This document shows positions 25,042 to 31,946 of a stretch of DNA of 46,001 bases, piece after piece. The first letter of the stretch is position 1. Every line of letters starts with the position of its first letter. The notes beneath the pieces were generated by a model. The model searched no databases, was not told the origin of the DNA, and was given only the letters and a program-made list of their open reading frames with translations. The stretch comes from a virus, in the IMG/VR virus record IMGVR_UViG_3300029536_000014, positions 1 through 46,001 of that record; one strand, 5' to 3'. The position numbers and the translations under genes are program-made.

Positions 25042-25181
25042 TTCTTTTCCTCCTTATTAACCGAACAAACTTTCTGACTTGTCCGAACACACCGAAGATG
25101 ATACAATATGACTTGTCAGGCGATACGTTTCACTTCAGTATGCTTTGCGGAACGTAAAAATATTTTTCTTTTTTTTTTAAA

Positions 25182-25212
25182 AACCGGTTCTCATTGGTAG
25201 TGAGAGCCGGTT
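25182..25212. terminator. Bidirectional intrinsic terminator
   Basis: AACCGGTTCTCA / TGAGAGCCGGTT 12-bp stem, flanked by a T-run (25166-25178) and CTTTTTT. Confidence 0.75.
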
Positions 25213-25217
25213 CTTTT

Positions 25218-26096
25218 TTATAAAAGTTCTGATTTTTTCTGGTCAAATTCTTCTTGAGTAATAATACCGCTATCTAAAAGCTCTTTGTAATCCTTCAGTA
25301 GTTCAACGGATGTTTTCTGATTTCGAACATTTTCAACAGCATCAGAGCTTTTGGAAATATTGAAGCTCTTTAACTGCATATCTATATTTGAACTACAGCG
25401 GAATCCAATAGTATTTATTTGATTGGTTTCGATATTCCGCATTTTCATAGATGCATAAGAATCCACTTCAATGTTATCACTTGTTGTGGTAGCAGTTCCA
25501 GTAGTAGTGGAATTATTCTTTCCTTTGGTTTTCTTTCCAGTTCCAACAGCTGCACCGACTATAGTTCCAACTCCCGGAGCAATAGCGGTTCCAACAACGG
25601 CTCCTGCTAAATGCCCTCTTCGTTTCGTTTTTTCTTTACTTTTCCCTTTAGTGTGAGATGTTGTAGTTGTCTTTTCTACTGTTCTGTATTCCGGCCCGTT
25701 CCATTCATAGTCGAAAAGTTCATATTTGGTTGGAGCATCTGACACTGTAACAGACCCATCTTTCCATTGCTTCAAATCAAATCTTGCGTGTTTGGAACCA
25801 AGCTCAAAATCCTCCTTACCGGATATAACTCTCAGATTCAATACTCGAACAGGTTTTTCTACAACCGCTGGCTGGGTTGCTACGGAATTATTTGATATTG
25901 CAGGTTTTTGAACCTTATTTTTAATAGACAGCAAAAGTGCAAAAATAAGATACAAAACAGCAATTCCAAATACCTCAAGTACAACAACGACCATAATATT
26001 GTCTGATGAAAGATCGTTTGAACTCATCAAGGCCACAATCATTAATACAATTAATGCGGTCCAAACGATCATCAACACATTTCGTATTTTTTTCAT
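25218..26096 (-). CDS. Membrane protein with glycine-zipper segment and C-terminal SHOCT domain
   Basis: 292 aa from ATG 26096 (AAGGGGGA upstream; the track GTG is at 26114). Two N-terminal TM helices, GHLAGAVVGTAIAPGVGTIVGAAVGTG, a Thr-rich linker, and ELLKDYKELLDSGIITQEEFDQKKSELL (SHOCT). Confidence 0.75.
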   Translation of the reverse strand: MKKIRNVLMIVWTALIVLMIVALMSSNDLSSDNIMVVVVLEVFGIAVLYLIFALLLSIKNKVQKPAISNNSVATQPAVVEKPVRVLNLRVISGKEDFELGSKHARFDLKQWKDGSVTVSDAPTKYELFDYEWNGPEYRTVEKTTTTSHTKGKSKEKTKRRGHLAGAVVGTAIAPGVGTIVGAAVGTGKKTKGKNNSTTTGTATTTSDNIEVDSYASMKMRNIETNQINTIGFRCSSNIDMQLKSFNISKSSDAVENVRNQKTSVELLKDYKELLDSGIITQEEFDQKKSELL

Positions 26097-26116
26097 ATTT
26101 CCCCCTTTTGACACGA

Positions 26117-26821
26117 TTACTCAAAATTCTCGATATAATTCTTATATAGATTCCTTATTTTGGCAGCCTCCCTCTGCCTGATTGGAACAATATCCCCCGA
26201 TATCATCTCAAAATGATCTGATGCATCTTTAATTTCGTCCATGTTGACGATATAACTTTGATGGCAACGGAGAAATCTTCCATCAAGATGCGGCTCTATA
26301 TCTGACAGCTTTCCACGTGCTACATGAATAACGCCGCAAGTACAGTGGACGAGAATTGATTTATTTCGGCTTTCTATGTATTCGATATGCCGGAATTCTA
26401 CCCGGTGGAAGTGGTCTCGGTTTTTGATAGTTAAGGCTTTCTCTCGGATATCTTCCAACGTGTGCGCTACGACAGAAAACATGCGTCCATGTTCAGAACC
26501 TTTGATGATGTAATGCACTGGTAAGACGTCTAATGCGTCAAATACATAGTTTTTATATGCTGTCCAGAAGGCAATGTTGCCATTATATCCATTTTTCCTG
26601 AGCTGCTTTGCGACATTTATGCCATTCTCATTATTTAGGACCACATCCAGCACGACTATATCGTACCATTGACCGTCTGCTATATCATCAATCAGCGGCT
26701 TCCCACTACTATAAGTGTTTAGCGTGTAGCTCTTGTCTCCACACTTTTTCAAAAACTCATCAACATGAGCCTTAAAAAAATCAATCTGCAAAGGATTATC
26801 GTCACAAATCGCAATTTTCAT
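26117..26821 (-). CDS. Response regulator, REC + LytTR DNA-binding domain (AgrA/LytR family), no cognate kinase
   Basis: 234 aa. REC residues DD7-8, D59 (IVVLD), T87, K107. The LytTR part is HIEYIESRNKSILVHC...FLRCHQSYIVNMDEI. No histidine kinase ORF occurs anywhere in the genome. Confidence 0.85.
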   Translation of the reverse strand: MKIAICDDNPLQIDFFKAHVDEFLKKCGDKSYTLNTYSSGKPLIDDIADGQWYDIVVLDVVLNNENGINVAKQLRKNGYNGNIAFWTAYKNYVFDALDVLPVHYIIKGSEHGRMFSVVAHTLEDIREKALTIKNRDHFHRVEFRHIEYIESRNKSILVHCTCGVIHVARGKLSDIEPHLDGRFLRCHQSYIVNMDEIKDASDHFEMISGDIVPIRQREAAKIRNLYKNYIENFE

Positions 26822-26889
26822 TCAAATCATTCCCTTATGGGCGTTGTTTTCGCCATTTGCAAAAAAAAGTGTTTAAATATGTTATTTTT

Positions 26890-26918
26890 ATTATAACATC
26901 GTTAAATTTAGTTGTAAA
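26890..26918 (-). promoter_or_regulatory. Sigma-A-type promoter of the LytTR operon
   Basis: Reverse strand reads TTTACA (26918-26913), a 17-nt spacer, then TATAAT (26895-26890). A ~65-nt leader contains a GGCG-AAAACAA-CGCC hairpin. Confidence 0.65.
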
Positions 26919-26943
26919 TAGACATTTTTAGGTGATTTGTAAA

Positions 26944-27378
26944 ATGAAAATAATCAAAAATATACTAATTATAATAGGAGCTGTGCTTTTGCTTAATTAC
27001 ATTGTTTGTTTACCAATGTGCGTAGACGATTATATCCGCGAAGAGTCAGAAGTGTATTCTGTCCAAAATGCGTACAGATCTTCTACCCTACATAAGAATA
27101 GCGCCCATGAAATAAAGCAGACCATGCCACCGTTTTTATTCGCCCTGCCACTAAACAGAAAAGACTATATCTTTGATGTTACGAATAATTTCTATGCAAT
27201 CATAAACATATCGGTGTATATCTGGCAGTTTCCAAGGGCGAACATTAGTGGTATAATAGCAAAAAATGAACGAATGTTCGGTTATATTTCCCACAAACCG
27301 CACATATACTGTAATGTAGGTGGTAATTGCAATAGGGAGGGTTATTTATGGATTATAAGAAAGAGATTATTGAAATGA
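26944..27378 (+). CDS. Hypothetical protein with an N-terminal signal/TM segment
   Basis: 144 aa from ATG 26944. The IIKNILIIIGAVLLLNYIVCL hydrophobic N-terminus is the only clear feature. Divergent from the LytTR operon. Weak RBS and atypical composition. Confidence 0.5.
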   Translation: MKIIKNILIIIGAVLLLNYIVCLPMCVDDYIREESEVYSVQNAYRSSTLHKNSAHEIKQTMPPFLFALPLNRKDYIFDVTNNFYAIINISVYIWQFPRANISGIIAKNERMFGYISHKPHIYCNVGGNCNREGYLWIIRKRLLK

Positions 27379-27458
27379 TAGAAAATATACATAGTGAAAA
27401 ATTTATGAAGTTTTTATACAACATGATTATTTCGTTCAAAAAACAATGGGGGTATTAA
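27348..27458 (+). CDS. Small 36-aa protein with a strong RBS
   Basis: GGGAGGG lies 6 nt upstream of ATG 27348. Product MDYKKEIIEMIENIHSEKFMKFLYNMIISFKKQWGY. Overlaps the 3' end of 26944-27378 in another frame and is followed by a terminator. Confidence 0.5.
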   Translation: MDYKKEIIEMIENIHSEKFMKFLYNMIISFKKQWGY

Positions 27459-27462
27459 GAAA

Positions 27463-27488
27463 GCAGGGAATTAATCCCTGCCTTTTTT
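27463..27488. terminator. Bidirectional terminator between convergent genes
   Basis: GCAGGGA / TCCCTGC stem followed by CTTTTTT. The stop codon of the repressor gene lies in the loop. Confidence 0.7.
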
Positions 27489-27824
27489 ATGGAGAAATTC
27501 AATCATGTCGAAAACGCTTTTCTTATCAGATTCGCTTAATTCAATCAGCAACTTAACATGTTCAACGATGTTTGGATTTGACATCATCTTTGGAATAAAA
27601 TCCGTGTCTGTTTCCAAATTCTCTTCCCATCCCATTAGGTAAGCGGGCGTTGTACTAAGTGCTTTCGCTAACTTATCTATGTATTCAGCAGGAACTTTAT
27701 CAATATCACCCTTTTCATATCTAAATATAGTTGATCTTGAAACTCCCAATTTCTCAGCTAACTCATCAGCACTCATATTAAGTTGTTTTCTTCTTTTTTT
27801 CATTTGTTCACCAGTTTCCGACAT
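27471..27824 (-). CDS. cI-like repressor (XRE HTH, no S24 peptidase domain)
   Basis: 117 aa from ATG 27824 (GGAGG 8 nt upstream). LNMSADELAEKLGVSRSTIFRYEKGD is the HTH_3 pattern. Divergent from a cro-like gene. Confidence 0.8.
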   Translation of the reverse strand: MSETGEQMKKRRKQLNMSADELAEKLGVSRSTIFRYEKGDIDKVPAEYIDKLAKALSTTPAYLMGWEENLETDTDFIPKMMSNPNIVEHVKLLIELSESDKKSVFDMIEFLHKKGRD

Positions 27825-27850
27825 TTTCCACACCTCCTTTCCTTGAAAAT

Positions 27851-27879
27851 ATAATACCACAAGTGATGCAAATATGCAA
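27851..27879 (-). promoter_or_regulatory. Repressor-gene promoter (P_RM-like)
   Basis: Reverse strand reads TTGCAT (27879-27874), a 17-nt spacer, then TGgTATTAT (-10 at 27856-27851). Embedded in TGCA-rich repeats (ATGCAAATATGCAA, TTGCAAAAATGCGA). Confidence 0.6.
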
Positions 27880-27911
27880 CAAAAATAATTGCAAAAATGC
27901 GATTTTTAGTA

Positions 27912-27940
27912 TTGACAAATGCGACTGCGAGAGGTAATAT
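27912..27940 (+). promoter_or_regulatory. Early lytic promoter (P_R-like)
   Basis: TTGACA (27912-27917), a 17-nt spacer, then TAATAT (27935-27940). Inverted half-sites TGCGACT (27919-27925) and AGTCGCA (27951-27957) flank the -10. Confidence 0.65.
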
Positions 27941-27950
27941 ATAATCATAA

Positions 27951-27977
27951 AGTCGCAATAATGCTACTGGAAAGGAG
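27951..27977 (+). repeat. 27-nt perfect direct repeat, copy 1 (includes an RBS)
   Basis: AGTCGCAATAATGCTACTGGAAAGGAG is identical to 28198-28224. Confidence 0.9.
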
Positions 27978-27986
27978 GTGAAACTT

Positions 27987-28208
27987 GTGATTGTAAATAT
28001 AGCAAGACTTAAAGGTAAAATTGTTGAGCATGGAAATACGCAAGAAGCTGTTGCAAGCGCAATTGGTATGGACAGAAGTACTTTTTACCGCAAACTGAAA
28101 GACGGCGGCGAGAAATTTACAATCGGTGAAATTCACGGAATTGTAAGCGCAGTTCCTTTAAGCAGGGACGAAGCAATAGACATTTTTTTTACACAGCAGT
28201 CGCAATAA
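27987..28208 (+). CDS. Cro-like HTH regulator
   Basis: 73 aa from GTG 27987 (GGAGG 8 nt upstream; the track GTG 27978 is inside the RBS). GNTQEAVASAIGMDRSTFYRKLKDG is the HTH. Confidence 0.7.
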   Translation: MIVNIARLKGKIVEHGNTQEAVASAIGMDRSTFYRKLKDGGEKFTIGEIHGIVSAVPLSRDEAIDIFFTQQSQ

Positions 28209-28224
28209 TGCTACTGGAAAGGAG
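28198..28224 (+). repeat. 27-nt perfect direct repeat, copy 2
   Basis: Identical to 27951-27977. Overlaps the cro-like stop codon and supplies the RBS of ORF 28233. Confidence 0.9.
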
Positions 28225-28232
28225 ACGAAAAC

Positions 28233-28586
28233 ATGAAATACAGTCCGCTTGGTAGTGGAAAGCTGATATTTCAAACTTTCAATGATGGTTGCTTGAAAAC
28301 CACTTTTGAAAGAGAGAACGGATTGAAGTCCGAATATGAAATTTATGTAAATTGGACGAATCCGAATCAGTTAGCAGAAGTTTCATTTCAGTTGCCCTTC
28401 CGCGATTGGCAGACACTTGAAAAGTCTGAGGTTTGGAAAAATCTGGATGAATTTCTGTCGGAAGTTCAAATCGAATATATTCCGAAGTACCGCCAAGCCC
28501 AACCAATTGTAGAGGAAAAGGTTGTGTATAGAAGTCTGTTAGGTTCTTTAATTGCATTCTTTCGTGATAAATTGACTCGCCAATAG
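28233..28586 (+). CDS. Hypothetical protein (117 aa), overlapped antisense by 28279-28872
   Basis: ATG lies 8 nt after GGAAAGGAG (from the repeat). The composition looks protein-like, but 308 nt are shared with a longer ORF on the opposite strand. Confidence 0.5.
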   Translation: MKYSPLGSGKLIFQTFNDGCLKTTFERENGLKSEYEIYVNWTNPNQLAEVSFQLPFRDWQTLEKSEVWKNLDEFLSEVQIEYIPKYRQAQPIVEEKVVYRSLLGSLIAFFRDKLTRQ

Positions 28587-28872
28587 CACGCCCTTTTAAG
28601 CATGAATAATGGGTTCCGCTATACACATAAGAAATATTTACGATTGATATGGCAACTCTGGAATGATTGATGATTTCAAAATGAACAATCAGTTCATTAT
28701 TATCTTTCAACTTGAAACCAATAGGAATAAACTCTATCTTTTTTCGAGATTGGAATAAGTTCCATGCAGTTCCAGCAGACCCTATTAACCCAAGCATAAA
28801 GGAAACATTTTCAAATGTAATGATTTCTTTAGCTGATTTTAAAATTGAAATGATTTGATTTATTTTAATCAC
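28279..28872 (-). CDS. Hypothetical membrane-anchored beta-rich protein; start unresolved
   Basis: The reverse frame is open for 735 nt (to 29013) in AT-rich DNA. It contains a TM-like MLGLIGSAGTAWNLF followed by a beta-rich domain. Candidate starts are GTG 28872 and ATG 28797; neither has a clean RBS. Confidence 0.45.
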   Translation of the reverse strand: MIKINQIISILKSAKEIITFENVSFMLGLIGSAGTAWNLFQSRKKIEFIPIGFKLKDNNELIVHFEIINHSRVAISIVNISYVYSGTHYSCLKGRAIGESIYHERMQLKNLTDFYTQPFPLQLVGLGGTSEYIRFELPTEIHPDFSKPQTFQVSANRGRATEMKLLLTDSDSSNLHKFHIRTSIRSLFQKWFSSNHH

Positions 28873-28914
28873 CTCCCCGTACAGGGAGTATAACACGAAA
28901 CGAGGATTTTTAAA

Positions 28915-29493
28915 ATGAAATTTCCGAGATATGTATATGTGATTACTCATGTAGTCACAGGAAAGAAATATGTAGGCAGCACAAGAAATGTTAAATCCAG
29001 ATTTGCAGAGCATTTAAATCTTTTAAAATCTGGCAGACATACTGTCGAACTTTTTCAATCTGATTGTGATACTTTTGGTGTCAATTTAACTTGTGAGACG
29101 ATTGACACAATATCGGATTATAGTGAAAAAGAAAAAGAGCATGAATGGCAGAAAAAACTTGGGACATTAAATCCGTCAACTGGTTATAACTACAAAGATC
29201 AGAAATGGAATAACCACAAAGACTGGGCTTTAAGCCATGGGAAAAGCACTGAAGGAAGAGAAAAATGGAAAGAAATATTAGAAAACAGTTCCGAACCATG
29301 TGTTCTGATTTCTGCGTGCATCACAAATTCCTGGCTCGGCAGAAACGGATTTGCAAAAGAATTAGGAATTTCCATAAAAGAGCTGAAAGAAATTGAATCC
29401 TATAAAAAAGAACCAACAATCAACCAGCTTAGAAAGATTAGTGAATTATCATCAATTCCTATGGATTATATTTATGTGCCAAATATTTTTTGA
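28915..29493 (+). CDS. GIY-YIG nuclease fused to a C-terminal XRE-type HTH
   Basis: 192 aa. YVYVITHVVTGKKYVGSTRNVKSRFAEH is the GIY-(10)-YVG...R motif. The C-terminal FAKELGISIKELKEIESYKKEPTINQLRKI is the HTH. Confidence 0.75.
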   Translation: MKFPRYVYVITHVVTGKKYVGSTRNVKSRFAEHLNLLKSGRHTVELFQSDCDTFGVNLTCETIDTISDYSEKEKEHEWQKKLGTLNPSTGYNYKDQKWNNHKDWALSHGKSTEGREKWKEILENSSEPCVLISACITNSWLGRNGFAKELGISIKELKEIESYKKEPTINQLRKISELSSIPMDYIYVPNIF

Positions 29494-29746
29494 TCAGGAG
29501 TAAGAAGAAAATTCTTAAAAGTAAATATAACCTAATCAAACCATATATAAGGAGGAAAACATGAAGAAATTTGAACGATACCTTATGATTGCTGACCTTA
29601 TGGAAAAACATTTTGAAAAATAAAGTGCTCCGAAGGAGAGCTGAAACCTCTCGCCTCGGAGCTGTAAACCACTAACCACACTAGCGGATTACGGGATAAT
29701 CATATCATTTCTTCCTGTATTTCGCAAGAGAACAGGAGGATTTTTT

Positions 29747-29866
29747 ATGAAGAAAACCGAGGATAAAAAAGTGACAAATTTTGAAGAGTTCGAAACTTTC
29801 TATGCAGTTGAAGTTGTAAGAGAGGCAAAAAAGCAGACTCACAAATGGTTCTGCGCATGGATTGTA
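29747..29866 (+). CDS. Small ORF (39 aa) that changes frame at an A5 run
   Basis: AGGAGG upstream of ATG 29747. After AAAAA (29827-29831) the -1 frame continues to 29916, encoding a TM tail KQTHKWFCAWIVTMIALILSNAAWMFIK. Confidence 0.35.
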
Positions 29867-29933
29867 ACCATGATTGCATTAATTCTTTCAAACGCTGCAT
29901 GGATGTTTATTAAGTAAGAAAGGAGGAAAGACT

Positions 29934-30170
29934 GTGGCAATCAGATATACCACAGAGCAAAAGAAATACATCCTTTTAAAAGGCAATATTGCAAAAAGGA
30001 TGGAGGCCGAGCGAGTAAGTGATGCACAGATGGCAGCAATTACCGGAATGGCAGAAAACACTTTCCGTAAAAAGCGAAATAAGCCAGAAACATTCACGTA
30101 TCCGGAACTGCGGCATATTTTTATTCGATTGAACTTCCCTAACGAGGAAATATTGGAGGCTTTGACATGA
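29934..30170 (+). CDS. Small HTH-like early protein
   Basis: 78 aa with GTG start after AAAGGAGGAAAG. SDAQMAAITGMAENTFRKKRNKP is HTH-like. Confidence 0.6.
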   Translation: MAIRYTTEQKKYILLKGNIAKRMEAERVSDAQMAAITGMAENTFRKKRNKPETFTYPELRHIFIRLNFPNEEILEALT

Positions 30171-30319
30171 AAGATTGGATAGACTCCATTCTGATTGGAG
30201 GGATAGCAACGTATCTTCCGTTCTGGATCTGGGACAATAGCCGTGACCAGATCATGGGAGCGTTGGGACTGATCGGAGCTGTGTACATAGCAAGGACGTG
30301 GAAAGAATGGACATGCTAG
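30167..30319 (+). CDS. Small membrane peptide (50 aa)
   Basis: ATGA-coupled. Product MKDWIDSILIGGIATYLPFWIWDNSRDQIMGALGLIGAVYIARTWKEWTC has two hydrophobic segments. Below the track cut-off. Confidence 0.45.
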   Translation: MKDWIDSILIGGIATYLPFWIWDNSRDQIMGALGLIGAVYIARTWKEWTC

Positions 30320-30434
30320 ACATGCCAACTAAAAAAGGATCCTCAGAGCTGCAACTCAAATAAGGATCCAAGACAATATATCTCTTCTTCATTGTAGAAG
30401 GAAAGAAACTAAAAGTCAATACAAGGAGGAAATT

Positions 30435-30692
30435 ATGAACGAAGAGAAAGTCAGAGAAATCTTTGATTTATGTGTCAGGGTTTCTGACGAGACAAGCAGG
30501 CGCATAACATTTGATTACAAAATTGATGGTGATGAAACGATGGTTTATTTGTATATCTTTGGACACAATGGTGCAATCGAAAAGCATTTTATGCTTTCGC
30601 AGCATTATGAGTTCAAATCAGACATCTATAGTTTCGATAAAGCCAATGAATATCTACTCAGCATTCTGAATGAAGGAGGGTGTCCGGTATGA
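30435..30692 (+). CDS. Hypothetical early protein
   Basis: 85 aa with RBS AAGGAGG. Confidence 0.6.
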   Translation: MNEEKVREIFDLCVRVSDETSRRITFDYKIDGDETMVYLYIFGHNGAIEKHFMLSQHYEFKSDIYSFDKANEYLLSILNEGGCPV

Positions 30693-30967
30693 ATTTAGAG
30701 GAGCTTAGACTTCTCCCCAAATGGGATATGGTCTTGGCGGCAAACGTCATTCTGGACGAACTCAACAAACGTGAGGCACCGATCGTTGATTGGGAGAATC
30801 CAGATATGTACGTGGATCATCTTGAATATCACGCCGCTGATTCCATTCAGAACGGTAAGACGGTTCCGGGCATGGGGGATAAGTCAGACGCAATCTATTG
30901 TTTTTTTAAGCAGTTAAAGGAGCCAGTCTATGAACGAGAGGATACAGGAAGTACTGAGACTGATTGA
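30689..30967 (+). CDS. Hypothetical early protein
   Basis: 92 aa from ATG 30689 (GAAGGAGGG 7 nt upstream). Confidence 0.6.
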   Translation: MNLEELRLLPKWDMVLAANVILDELNKREAPIVDWENPDMYVDHLEYHAADSIQNGKTVPGMGDKSDAIYCFFKQLKEPVYEREDTGSTETD

Positions 30968-31100
30968 TGTTCAGCTTGCACTTGTTCCAGATAATCCAAT
31001 AGAGGAACAGTACAAGGCGAGGACATTGGCAAGTTACACGCAAGCACTAAATGGGCTTTTAGCGGCTCAGAAAGCATATAAGGAGAACGCTCATGAGTGA
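30930..31100 (+). CDS. Hypothetical small protein (56 aa)
   Basis: AAAGGAG lies 7 nt upstream of ATG 30930. Product MNERIQEVLRLIDVQLALVPDNPIEEQYKARTL... is below the track cut-off. Confidence 0.45.
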   Translation: MNERIQEVLRLIDVQLALVPDNPIEEQYKARTLASYTQALNGLLAAQKAYKENAHE

Positions 31101-31293
31101 TTTTGAAATCCGTATTCCAGCGAGAAAGAAACAGCCTGCAACTGATAAGGATAACCCGGTCGTGAAAGTATCAACAGGCGCATACAATGCGCTGGTTGAA
31201 ATCTATAACGAATCGACCTTATCAATGAAAGATATCGCAAGTTTGCTGATCGTTGAGGGCAGTAAGCATGTAGTTTATGACAAGGAGGAATAA
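31093..31293 (+). CDS. Hypothetical early protein
   Basis: 66 aa with RBS AAGGAG. Confidence 0.6.
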   Translation: MSDFEIRIPARKKQPATDKDNPVVKVSTGAYNALVEIYNESTLSMKDIASLLIVEGSKHVVYDKEE

Positions 31294-31295
31294 CA

Positions 31296-31946
31296 ATGGC
31301 AACACCAGTATTGATTATTGGAAAATCTGGTTCCGGTAAAAGTACTAGTCTTAGAAACTGCCAGAATGAACACTGGAATCTTATTAGAGTATTAAATAAG
31401 CCACTTCCGTTTAAAGGAAAGATTGACGGATGGTTTACAGATGATTACCAGCAGGTAATGAAGTGCCTGATTGCATCAAAAGCGGAGTCAATTGTGATTG
31501 ACGATGCAGGTTATCTTATCACGAATCATTTTATGAAAGGACACGCTTCTGCCGGAAAAGGCAATGCGGTGTTCGCTCTGTACAATGATATTGGAGACTA
31601 TTTCTGGAATCTTATCCAGTTCATTGTAACAAAAGTACCGCAGAATAAAATTGTTTACCTTATGATGCATGAAGAAAAAGATGATTCCGGGGAAGTAAAA
31701 CCTAAGACAATTGGTAAGCTTCTGGACGAAAAAGTTTGCATCGAGGGTATGTTTACCATCGTTCTTCGCTGCATCGAAGAGAGTGGAAAACACTTATTTG
31801 TCACTCAGTCCAGTCAGGGAGCGGTAAGCAAGTCCCCGATCGGAATGTTTGACAGTTTGACTATTGATAATGACCTTGCAGAGGTGGATAAGGTTATCAG
31901 AGACTACTACGAATTAGGAGGAATTGAAGATGGTGGAAGTAACTAA
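31296..31946 (+). CDS. P-loop ATPase (AAA_24 / Sak4-like recombination ATPase)
   Basis: 216 aa. Walker A is GKSGSGKST and Walker B is IVIDDAGY. Followed by an SSB-like gene, as in many Firmicutes phages. Confidence 0.7.
   Translation: MATPVLIIGKSGSGKSTSLRNCQNEHWNLIRVLNKPLPFKGKIDGWFTDDYQQVMKCLIASKAESIVIDDAGYLITNHFMKGHASAGKGNAVFALYNDIGDYFWNLIQFIVTKVPQNKIVYLMMHEEKDDSGEVKPKTIGKLLDEKVCIEGMFTIVLRCIEESGKHLFVTQSSQGAVSKSPIGMFDSLTIDNDLAEVDKVIRDYYELGGIEDGGSN

Noticed and set aside
29888-30328. 146-aa reverse-strand ORF
   Set aside because: It overlaps two forward genes that have good RBSs and ATGA coupling (29934-30170, 30167-30319). It has no RBS, and its Cys/Ser/Pro-rich sequence looks like noise.
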